From: Alphaproteobacteria bacterium
GTDB lineage: Bacteria > Pseudomonadota > Alphaproteobacteria > Bin95
Direction: 5' to 3'
Length of the DNA stretch: 64,000 nucleotides
Assembly (NCBI GenBank): GCA_963665325.3
Contig: OZ224045.1
Location: forward strand, 1,824,001-1,888,000
Shown one piece after another: positions 54,412-64,000 of the stretch. Made by a program: the position numbers and the translations under genes. The notes beneath the pieces are model-generated. The model made no database searches, had not been told where the DNA came from, and saw only the letters and a list, made by a program, of their open reading frames with translations. The stretch's first letter is position 1, and each line of letters begins with the position of its first letter.

Positions 54412-54891
54412 TCACAGGTTCCCGTCCGTCCAGCGGCTCATGACCGTCCGCTCCTCGACCCCGTATCCGAGCCCTTCGTAAAACCGGCGCACCGCTTCGT
54501 TGTCCTCGCGGATCATCAGCATGACCTTGGGCGCTCCGGCCTCCGCGAGCCAGGCTTCGGCATGACGCATCAGCTTCTCGCCCAGACCCTGCGAGCGGTG
54601 CTCGGGCGCGACGGCGACATAATAGACCCAGCCCCTATGGCCTTCATATCCGGCCATGACGCTGCCCGCGATCCGTCCGCTGCTCTCTCTGGAGACTGCA
54701 ACGAATATGTCGGACGAGGCATTGGCACGTGCGCTCCCGATGTCTCGGAGCGGGTCGTTCCAGGGCCGCACCAGCCCGCAGGCGCGCCAGAGTTCCGCGA
54801 CCGCCTCCTCGTCTCCGTCGCGGATCGGGCGGATTGCGAACCCGGCCCTGCTCCCGCTTCCTTCGCTGCCCGGCATCGCCCCCTCGCTCAC
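54412..54891 (-). CDS. GNAT acetyltransferase (YpeA-like)
   Basis: LVRPWNDP, GYEGHRGWVYY.AV, GLG, FYEGLGY. Confidence 0.9.
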   Translation of the reverse strand: MSEGAMPGSEGSGSRAGFAIRPIRDGDEEAVAELWRACGLVRPWNDPLRDIGSARANASSDIFVAVSRESSGRIAGSVMAGYEGHRGWVYYVAVAPEHRSQGLGEKLMRHAEAWLAEAGAPKVMLMIREDNEAVRRFYEGLGYGVEERTVMSRWTDGNL

Positions 54892-54994
54892 ACCCGTCGC
54901 GGCCCGATATTACGGCAGATACCGTCCACTGGCGCGCGGGCGCCGTTCGCGGCATCATCCGACCCTTCCCCATTGCCATCCGGAGGTCGGTCCC

Positions 54995-56212
54995 ATGGCT
55001 CGGCGCGGCATGAGTTTCGGCGTCTTCCTCGCTCCCTTCCATGCGCTCGGCGAGAACCCGACGCTTGCCATGGAACGGGACATGGAGCTGATCGAGTGGC
55101 TCGACCATCTGGGCTATGACGAGGCCTGGATCGGCGAGCACCATTCCGCCGGCTGGGAGATCATCGCCGCGCCGGAGATCTTCATCGGCGCCGCCCTCCA
55201 GCGCACCAAACACATCAGGCTCGGCTCGGGCGTGACCTCCTTGCCCTACCACCACCCGATGCTGGTGGCGCAGCGCTTCGTCCAGCTCGACCATATGAGC
55301 CGGGGACGCACCATGCTCGGCTGCGGGCCGGGCGCGCTGGTGACCGACGCCTACATGATGGGCATCGCGCCGACCGACCAGCGCCGGCGCATGATGGAGT
55401 CGCTGGAGGCCGTCATCGCGCTTCTGGAGTGCAAGGAACCGGTGACGATGGAGACCGACTGGTTCACGCTCCGGGAAGCGCGGCTGCATCTGGCGCCCTG
55501 GACCGAGGGCCGCTTCCCCATCGCCGTCGCCTCGACGATCACCCCCTTCGGCATGATGGCCGCCGGGCGCCACGGCATCGGCGTGCTGTCCATCGGGGCT
55601 GGCATTCCGGGCGGGCCGGAGATGCTGGCGAAGCAGTGGCAGATCGCGGAGGAGGAGGCCGCGAAGCACGGCAAGACCATGGACCGCAAGGACTGGCGGG
55701 TGGTCGTCAACATGCACCTTGCGGAGGACGACGAGGAGGCGCTGCGCCAGGTGAAGGCCGGCGAGCGGCTTGAGACCGTGACCTATTTCGAGGAGACGCT
55801 CGGCCGCCCGCCCGGCCGCGCCGACGATCCCGTGCGCGACGGCGTGAAGATGGGCACGACCCTGATCGGCTCGCCGGAGACCGCAATCAAGGGCATCGAA
55901 TACCTCCTCGAACTTTCGAAGGGCGGCTTCGGCGGCATCCTCTTCCGGGCGAACGAATGGGCGAACCGGGAAGACACGATGAAGAGCTACGAGCTGTTCG
56001 CCCGTTATGTGGCGCCTCGCTTCCAGGGCTCGATGGACACGCTCTACGGCTCCAACGCCTTCGTGCGCGAGAACCGGCTGCGCGTGCTGGAAGGCAATGT
56101 CGAGGCGGTCAAGCGCGCCTTCACCGATACCGGCCGCGAAGTCCCCGCCGGCTTCGAGGACCGCACGCTGGGCGCCGGCGACCTGCCGAAGGACAAGGAC
56201 GCGGCAGAGTAG
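54995..56212 (+). CDS. LLM-class flavin-dependent oxidoreductase
   Basis: FGVFLAPFH, WIGEHHSAGWE, SLPYHHP, QLDHMSRGR. Confidence 0.9.
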   Translation: MARRGMSFGVFLAPFHALGENPTLAMERDMELIEWLDHLGYDEAWIGEHHSAGWEIIAAPEIFIGAALQRTKHIRLGSGVTSLPYHHPMLVAQRFVQLDHMSRGRTMLGCGPGALVTDAYMMGIAPTDQRRRMMESLEAVIALLECKEPVTMETDWFTLREARLHLAPWTEGRFPIAVASTITPFGMMAAGRHGIGVLSIGAGIPGGPEMLAKQWQIAEEEAAKHGKTMDRKDWRVVVNMHLAEDDEEALRQVKAGERLETVTYFEETLGRPPGRADDPVRDGVKMGTTLIGSPETAIKGIEYLLELSKGGFGGILFRANEWANREDTMKSYELFARYVAPRFQGSMDTLYGSNAFVRENRLRVLEGNVEAVKRAFTDTGREVPAGFEDRTLGAGDLPKDKDAAE

Positions 56213-56264
56213 CGGTCACGGGGCTCGCACCATCCCCCTGTCGTGAACGGCGGACACAGCACAT

Positions 56265-57059
56265 ATGCCTCTGGCGCGGATCGAAGGCGGCGACATCCAT
56301 TACGAGGAGAGCGGCGGCGGCGCGGCGCTGGCGATGCTGCTGCCGCAAAGCGGCGGGCCGGTCGGCGTGCGTCCGTTCCTCGACCGGATGGCGGAGTGCT
56401 TCCGGGTCGTCCGCTACGATCAGCGCGGTACCGGCCGGAGCGCGCCGGTAGCAGCGCCCGAGGACATGACCATGACGGGCCGCGCCGGAGAGCTTGCCGG
56501 GCTTCTCGATGCGCTCGGGATCGGGAAGGCGCACCTGTTCTGCCATTCCACCGGCTGCGGTATCGGCCTTGCGTTCGCGGCCTCCCGCCCGGAGCGGGTG
56601 GCGGGGCTGGTCCTGGCGAATCCGTGGAGCCATGGCGACGTGCATCTGACGACCATGCAACGCCTGCGGGTGGCCGCCGCGCGTGCGCTCGACCCCTATC
56701 GTTATGCCTGGTTCAACGCCAGCCTGCTGTTCCCGCCCGACTACCGCCGCGCGCACACCGGGGCGTTCGAGGCGCTGGCAAGCAACGCCGCGCCGCAGGA
56801 CGCCGACGGAATCGAGGCCCGTCTGGAGGCGATCCTGGCCTTCGACGCCCGCCCGCTGGCGCCGGGCCTCTCCTGCCCCGTTCTGATAGCGACCGCTGCC
56901 GACGACCAGCTGATGCCGCCCTGGTTCGGCGCGGAGCTGGCGGCGTCGATTCCCGGCGCGGCCCATCTGGCGCTCGACGGCGGCGGCCATATGCTGCCGG
57001 AGACGCGCGCCGATGCGTTGGGCGAAGCGGTTATTGAATTCCTCGACGGCGTCGCCTGA
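56265..57059 (+). CDS. Alpha/beta hydrolase (RutD-like)
   Basis: YDQRGTGRS, CHSTG nucleophile elbow, GGH. Confidence 0.8.
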   Translation: MPLARIEGGDIHYEESGGGAALAMLLPQSGGPVGVRPFLDRMAECFRVVRYDQRGTGRSAPVAAPEDMTMTGRAGELAGLLDALGIGKAHLFCHSTGCGIGLAFAASRPERVAGLVLANPWSHGDVHLTTMQRLRVAAARALDPYRYAWFNASLLFPPDYRRAHTGAFEALASNAAPQDADGIEARLEAILAFDARPLAPGLSCPVLIATAADDQLMPPWFGAELAASIPGAAHLALDGGGHMLPETRADALGEAVIEFLDGVA

Positions 57060-57084
57060 CCCGCCCGGACTCGCGGCCCTCCGC

Positions 57085-58473
57085 TCACGCCTCCGCCACT
57101 TCCTCGCTCAGGCGCACGACCACCGAATCGAGCCGGTCGACCGCCTCGTCGATCTCGCTGCGGTCGATGCAGAGCGGTGGCGCCACCGGGACGACATGGC
57201 CGCCGCGGCCGAGCATCCCGTGTTCCCGCATGAGCCGCACGACGCGCCCGTCCAGCCCGAACTCCTTCGGGAACTGCGCCCGCGTCCCGCGGTCCTTCAC
57301 CAGCTCGACGGCGCAGAGCAGCCCCATGCCGCCGCGCACATCGCCCACGATTTCGTGCTTGCGAAGCGTCTGGAGGCGCTCGAACAGGTAATCGCCCATC
57401 TCGCGGGAGCGCGCCGCCATGTTCTCGCCTTCCATGATGTCGAGATTGGCGAGCGCGGCGGCGCAGGAGGCCGGATTGCCCCCGAAGGTGATGAGATGCT
57501 GGAAGACCCGCTCCTCGCCGCCGGAGAAGGCGTCCGCGACCTTGCCCGTCGCGATCGTCGCGCCAATGGGCAGGTAGCCGCTGGTCAGTGCCTTGGCGAC
57601 GGTGAAGATGTCGGGCTTCACGCCCCACTGCTCCATCGCGAACATCTTCCCCGTCCGGCAGAAGCCGGTGATGACCTCATCGGCGATTAGCAGCACGCCG
57701 TAGCGGTCGCAGATCTCGCGCACCTGGGGCCAATAGTCCGGGTGCGGCACATGGATGCCCGCCGCCGCCGAGATCGGCTCGCCGATGAAGGCCGCCACCG
57801 TCGCCGGGCCCTCGTGCAGGATCGCCCGCTCGACGTCGCGGGCGCATTCCATGCTGCACGAGCCCGCGTCCGCGCACAGGTGGCAGCGCCAGGACGCCGG
57901 TTGGGCCACATGGATATTGCCCGGCACGAGCGGGCCGAAATGCATCGGCACGCTGCCGCCGCCCGGCCCGCCGCGCCCGAGGCTGGTGCAGGCGAGCGTG
58001 GCGCCGTGATAGGAGCCGCGCCGGGAGAGTACCTTCCAGCGCGTCGGCTCGCCGTTCAGGTGGTGGTAGTTCTTGGCGAGCTTGAGCGCCGTCTCATTCG
58101 CCTCCGAGCCGCCGCTCACGAAATAGACCCGCGCCGCTTCGTCCTGGCTGAGGCGGGCGAGACGGCCCGAAAGCTCCGCCGTTGCCGGGCTCACCGTGTC
58201 GCTCGGCGTGAAGGCAAGCTCCAGCATCTGGCGATAGACCGCATCGGCGATCTCCTGCCGGCCGTGGCCGATATTCACCAGCCAGAGCCCCGACATGGTA
58301 TCGAACCAGCGCTCCCCCTCGCCGTCCACCACCCACACCCCCTTGCCATGGGTGACGACCTGAAGGCCGGTCTTGCCCTCGACATTCCCCGCCGGACGGG
58401 AATGCGGCCAGAAATGATCCCTGGCGTCGGCGCGCGCCTTGTCGAGGTCGGGTGCGTTGGCGAAATCGGGCAT
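57085..58473 (-). CDS. Class III PLP aminotransferase
   Basis: [39 protein letters not shown]. Confidence 0.93.
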   Translation of the reverse strand: MPDFANAPDLDKARADARDHFWPHSRPAGNVEGKTGLQVVTHGKGVWVVDGEGERWFDTMSGLWLVNIGHGRQEIADAVYRQMLELAFTPSDTVSPATAELSGRLARLSQDEAARVYFVSGGSEANETALKLAKNYHHLNGEPTRWKVLSRRGSYHGATLACTSLGRGGPGGGSVPMHFGPLVPGNIHVAQPASWRCHLCADAGSCSMECARDVERAILHEGPATVAAFIGEPISAAAGIHVPHPDYWPQVREICDRYGVLLIADEVITGFCRTGKMFAMEQWGVKPDIFTVAKALTSGYLPIGATIATGKVADAFSGGEERVFQHLITFGGNPASCAAALANLDIMEGENMAARSREMGDYLFERLQTLRKHEIVGDVRGGMGLLCAVELVKDRGTRAQFPKEFGLDGRVVRLMREHGMLGRGGHVVPVAPPLCIDRSEIDEAVDRLDSVVVRLSEEVAEA

Positions 58474-58640
58474 GGCGGGGGCCTCCCTGCTGGCGGCGCG
58501 GACTGTCGGCGAAAATTGCCGGGGGTTCGGGGACGCGCCGGGCCCGGCCCGCGCTCCGCGCTCCGTCGGCGTCCGCGCAGACTGTACCACCCGCCCCGAA
58601 GCCCGAACAGCGCACGTTCCCGTTCCGGACGGAGGAGGCC

Positions 58641-59275
58641 GGGGCCCACTCCAGCGGGATGTCATGAAGTGTCATGTTTCGTCATGGTCCGGTCTCCGCC
58701 TCGGCCGTTTCTGCGGATTCGGGGTCGTGCGCTCGCGGGGCATCGCGCCTCCTTTTCGCCGTCGACAGTCCCGGACACTCCCGCGGCGGCGGAGCGTCCC
58801 TGTTTCGCGCGTAACACGCGCGGGCGGGCGGGCGTGTCAGCGCCGGCGCGGTTCGCGCGCCTGATTGCCCGCGCGCCTGTGCGCGAGGCGGCGAGGGTCC
58901 ACTCCACCGGGATGTCATGTTTTGTCATGTTCCGGTTTCCATCCCCGGGCGTTCGCGCCGGTCCGCGGGTCGTCCATCGTGCATCGCAGCCTCCTTTCAT
59001 CACCGGTTTCCTCCGCTCCCCGGGCCGGGGGCGCGTCCCCGCCTCACGCGTACCGTGTGTGCGGGCCTGCGGGCGGGCGCGCAAGCCAAGCCAGGCGCAG
59101 GGCGCACCCGTCCCGTCCGCTCGCGCCGGGGAATTTGCGGCGCCCGGCCATCGCTTCCCTGCGCAGAAAAGCCGAAAGGCGACCCCGGACGCCGCCTCTC
59201 CCTACGCCCATAATAGCACAGAATTCCTCAGGCCGAGCATGATTTAGGAAATATTACGGGATAATTGTGAACGAA
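58641..59275 (-). repeat. Intergenic element family, copy B (two tandem units)
   Basis: Direct repeat CCACTCCASCGGGATGTCATG...GTCATGKTCCGGTYTCC at 58646-58697 and 58899-58940; 29-bp block 58840-58868; 16-bp block 59093-59108; hairpin homolog 59176-59202. Confidence 0.8.
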
Positions 59276-59430
59276 CCGCTGTAAGTCGTCTCAATCCAGG
59301 TCCTTCCGCCGGGGACGGTCTTCTCGGCGGCGTGTCCCGTGGGAGTCGGTGCGGCAAGGCTCGGCATACAGAAGGAACCTTCGCTCCGAGCCGCAGCTCT
59401 CGAGCGACTACCACATCCGTATGTACTTCG

Positions 59431-59910
59431 TTAGAACCGTTCCATTCTCACGTTAAGAAGGTCGTTAGGAAATGCACGAATCAAAAGAGCCTCCACTGCT
59501 GATATGTGATTGTGTTCCACTTCGTAGGCACTGATGTAGGACGCCAGATCATACAACCTAGTTGACATCTTTTTGACTCTTCGGTGTTGTCTATCTGCTC
59601 GGTGAAATTCACGATTCCTTACATAAGGATGACTAACCAGAAATACTTTCCTCGTGTCGCTATGGCCGAGGTTTCGGTTAAATGCGTTCTTCGCCTCGAA
59701 CCAAAGGCTTCTCTGCTCAGTTTTCCCAACATATAGGGCGCGACCTCTGCTATCGTAAAATAGGTAAATTCCGCTCGCAGCTTCCAGCGCCTGACGGAGG
59801 CCATTGTTATATCTGTATTCGTCTTCATCAGTTGGAAACAGATCGTATGAGCCATTATTGCCAGTCGGTGTTGCATCAAGGAAAAAGAATTCTACTATGG
59901 GTCTTATCAC
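59431..59910 (-). CDS. GIY-YIG nuclease-family protein (AT-richer, possibly 5'-truncated)
   Basis: GIYLFYDSRGRALYVGKT, VEALLIRAF, LLN; visibly more AT-rich than the flanking genes. Confidence 0.7.
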   Translation of the reverse strand: MIRPIVEFFFLDATPTGNNGSYDLFPTDEDEYRYNNGLRQALEAASGIYLFYDSRGRALYVGKTEQRSLWFEAKNAFNRNLGHSDTRKVFLVSHPYVRNREFHRADRQHRRVKKMSTRLYDLASYISAYEVEHNHISAVEALLIRAFPNDLLNVRMERF

Positions 59911-59994
59911 GCCGTCGCTCCTGAAATGTGCTGCTTGATCGGTTGTGATATTTCCCGAACCCAGGTTCGAAAATGGAGATTCTAAAGCTATTTT

Positions 59995-61080
59995 CTACTC
60001 CGCCGCCTCCGCGCGGAATGCCGGCGAGAAGTGCGGGGCGACTTCGCGGGCGAAGCGGGCCATGACTTCCCGTTGCAGGTCCTTGGGCATGCCGGGCGTG
60101 GCGGCGGAGACCAGGGCGTAGTCGAAGCCGAGCGCGGCATAGCCCCTGAGCCGTTCCACGGCGGTCTCGGGCGAGCCGACAAGGTTCATCTCGCAATAGG
60201 GGCCGAGCTCGTCGGGGTCCGTCATCTTGCGCAGATTGGCGAACATGCGGGAGAACTGCTGGTATTCCTCGATGTTCTCCCAGGGGTTTGCGTCGGCTTC
60301 GTAGTGGTCCGCCTGGATTGCGAAATAGGGCGGGAAATAGCGCCGCGCGAGCTTGGTCGCCTCCTCGTCCGTGTCCGCGATCAGCATCTTTATCGAGATG
60401 GCCTTCGAGCGGTCGGCCCCCGGAGGTGCCTGCTCGTCCCAGGTCCCGAGAATCTTCTCCAGCAGGCGCGCAGGAAATGTGGACAGGCAGAGCGGCGGCA
60501 GGGCGAGACCGGCCATCACGCCGGCGCTCTGCGGGCTGCCAATGGCGCCGTAGAACCTGACCGGCTTGTCCACCGGCTCCGGGCGCAGGCGGACCGGGCG
60601 CGGCACCTTGTAATGGGTCCCATCATGGGTGAATTCCTGTCCCGAGAGGCCCTTGCGGATAATGTTCAGCGATTCCGCGAACCGGCCCCGCGCCTCCGGC
60701 ATGGAGACGCCGTAAGCGTCGTACTCCGATTTCGCCGTGCCGCGCCCGAGGCCCAGATGCAAGGTGCCCCGCGTCAGCGAGTTCAGCATCGCGATCTCTT
60801 CGGCGATGCGCACCGGGTGGTACCAGGGCAGCACGAGCACCGACGTGCCGAGCCCGATATCGGGGCAGAGCGCCGCCACATGTGCCATGAACAGGAGCGG
60901 GCTCGGCGTCGGGTAGTAGTCCGAGAAATGGTGCTCCAGCATCCAGACCGATTCGTAGCCGAGCGACTCGGCGAGCTTCACGTCCTCGATCACCTCGTCG
61001 TACAGCACCTTGTCCGATTTGCGGACATCGGTGGAGGGCGCGGTCTGCACGCCGAAGGTCATGGCTCGGACCGTCGTCAT
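59995..61080 (-). CDS. LLM-class flavin-dependent oxidoreductase
   Basis: LGYESVWMLEHHF, VLPWYHPVRIAEE, GLGRG, VGSPE. Confidence 0.9.
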   Translation of the reverse strand: MTTVRAMTFGVQTAPSTDVRKSDKVLYDEVIEDVKLAESLGYESVWMLEHHFSDYYPTPSPLLFMAHVAALCPDIGLGTSVLVLPWYHPVRIAEEIAMLNSLTRGTLHLGLGRGTAKSEYDAYGVSMPEARGRFAESLNIIRKGLSGQEFTHDGTHYKVPRPVRLRPEPVDKPVRFYGAIGSPQSAGVMAGLALPPLCLSTFPARLLEKILGTWDEQAPPGADRSKAISIKMLIADTDEEATKLARRYFPPYFAIQADHYEADANPWENIEEYQQFSRMFANLRKMTDPDELGPYCEMNLVGSPETAVERLRGYAALGFDYALVSAATPGMPKDLQREVMARFAREVAPHFSPAFRAEAAE

Positions 61081-61127
61081 GGGCGCGGGTTCCTCTTGCG
61101 GGGCGTATCCGGGGCGGCGGGCGGAGG

Positions 61128-62790
<1,663 letters not shown>

Positions 62791-62836
62791 TGCCGCTTCC
62801 GAACTCCCGCAGAGGACGACCTGTTACCTCGATACA

Positions 62837-62853
62837 GGCAAATTGCGTGCCGG
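62837..62853 (-). promoter_or_regulatory. Sigma-54 (-24/-12) promoter of amtB-glnK
   Basis: Minus strand CCGGCACGCAATTTGCC fits GG-N10-GC and the GGCACG-N4-TTGC consensus; about 47 bp upstream of the amtB ATG. Confidence 0.7.
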
Positions 62854-62880
62854 AACGCGACAACAGATCCGGCGGGCCGT

Positions 62881-63285
62881 CTATCCCCCCTTTTTGGGCC
62901 GCTCGGCGACCGGGCCGCCGGCTTCCTTCCAGGCGGTAAAGCCGCCTTCGATGTGGGCGACGGGCTCGAGGCCCATATCCTGCAGTGTCTCTGCCGCCAG
63001 CGCCGAACGCCAGCCGCTCGCGCAATAGAGCACGAACTTCTTGCCGTTCGCGAACACATCGCGGTGGTAGGGACTCGCCGGATCGACCCAGAATTCCAGC
63101 ATGCCGCGCGGGGCATGCAGCGCGCCCGGAATCATGCCGTCGCGGTCGAGTTCGCGCACATCGCGGATATCGACGATCTGCACGGACTCGTTGTCCTGGA
63201 GAGCCAGCGCGTCGGCGGCGGATATTTCCTCGATCTTCGCGCGGGCGGCGGCAAGGAGCTGGTCGATGCCCTTCGTGATGGCCAT
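62881..63285 (-). CDS. Rhodanese-domain protein
   Basis: VDIRDVRE, PRGMLEFW, YCASGWRSA, GGFTAW. Confidence 0.9.
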   Translation of the reverse strand: MAITKGIDQLLAAARAKIEEISAADALALQDNESVQIVDIRDVRELDRDGMIPGALHAPRGMLEFWVDPASPYHRDVFANGKKFVLYCASGWRSALAAETLQDMGLEPVAHIEGGFTAWKEAGGPVAERPKKGG

Positions 63286-63314
63286 GGGATGCGGTCGCTT
63301 TCCTGGGTGGCGGG

Positions 63315-64000
63315 TCAGACGATGCCGACGGGATTGGCGGGAGAGCCGACCGCGCCCGGCAGGCGGAGCGGCTGGCAGGTGGCGAAGAAGCGCGTCCGGC
63401 CGAGCTCGCGCAGGCGCCGCGCGAGGTCGCCCAGATACCAGAGTTCGCCGAGCGGCACGCCGAGCTTGAACAGGCAGTGCTGGTGCAGCGGCGAGTTGGC
63501 GTAGCGCTCTCCCGCCATGGGCCGGGCCGGCGATTGTTCCACGGCGTAGTTGTCGGCGAAGAGCGCGGCGACGCCGGTGTCGGTGATCCATTGCAGCAGC
63601 TTGTCGTCGCGCCCGTCGAGCGCGGCGCAGCTGTTGGCGAGGCGCGGGCCGTCCGGCTCCTTCTCCATTTCGAGGATGAGGTCCGCGAAGCCGGTATAGA
63701 AGAAGGCGAGGTCGCCTTCCTCAACGGTGGCGCCGGTCTCCTCCAGCACGCGCATCAGCTCGTCGTAAGTGACGAGATGGCGTCCCTCGCGCCCGAAGAA
63801 GCGCTCGAGGTCTATCAGCACGCCGCGGCCGACCACGCCCTTTTCCGCGAAGGTCTCAATGCCGAGCTTGCGCGCGCCCATCGCTTCCGGACGCGGCATC
63901 TGCGAGCCGTCGGCGTTGTAGTCGACCGGCCCGATAATGTCCTCGCCGCCCTTGAAGCCGTTGTAGAAGCGGATTTCCGGGACGCCGTCGCCATCCGCAT
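63315..64000 (-). CDS. Cyclase (kynurenine formamidase-like) family protein, 5' part outside the window
   Basis: GRGVLIDL, ADNYAVE, PLHQHCLFKLG..LGELWYL, PGAVGSP. Confidence 0.8.
   Translation of the reverse strand, partial: ADGDGVPEIRFYNGFKGGEDIIGPVDYNADGSQMPRPEAMGARKLGIETFAEKGVVGRGVLIDLERFFGREGRHLVTYDELMRVLEETGATVEEGDLAFFYTGFADLILEMEKEPDGPRLANSCAALDGRDDKLLQWITDTGVAALFADNYAVEQSPARPMAGERYANSPLHQHCLFKLGVPLGELWYLGDLARRLRELGRTRFFATCQPLRLPGAVGSPANPVGIV

Noticed and set aside
58646-58940. CRISPR array interpretation of the direct repeats
   Set aside because: Only two units about 250 bp apart, of unequal length, and no cas genes in the window.
58662-59084. 140-aa ORF with repeated MTKHD (and 53130-53594 ending AKHDNS) as real proteins
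   Set aside because: Arg/Ala/Pro-rich and low in information; the MTKHD motif is simply the translation of the DNA box.

Overview
High-GC alphaproteobacterial chromosome segment. Gene content (fzlA, DUF4167-clpB, def-fmt-truA, GAAC-N7-GAAC LexA box) suggests Rhodospirillales-like; this is inference. It mixes housekeeping genes (def, fmt, truA, clpB, uppP, fzlA, amtB, glnK) with many catabolic genes: 3-hydroxyanthranilate dioxygenase, a GcvT-family demethylase with a GlxA-type regulator, a hydantoinase/oxoprolinase pair, two peptide/nickel-type ABC systems, an hprA/oxalyl-CoA ligase/PanE2-like module, 2-oxoacid dehydrogenase E1a/E1b/E2, and LLM monooxygenases. Two mobile elements disrupt genes: a Zn-finger-accessory plus DDE transposon end cuts htpG at about 1309/1310, and a complete IS1634-family element (14223-16292) splits an enoyl-CoA hydratase gene. 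The least explained signal is a dispersed intergenic element family at about 48.6-48.85, 53.1-53.65 and 58.64-59.28 kb. Its copies share 29- and 16-bp identical blocks, a promoter-proximal hairpin, TGTCATG boxes at exact 10-bp spacing and SD-preceded micro-ORFs; one copy has a perfect LexA box. One copy lies beside an AT-richer GIY-YIG nuclease gene. All protein calls come from motif recognition; no database searches were run.
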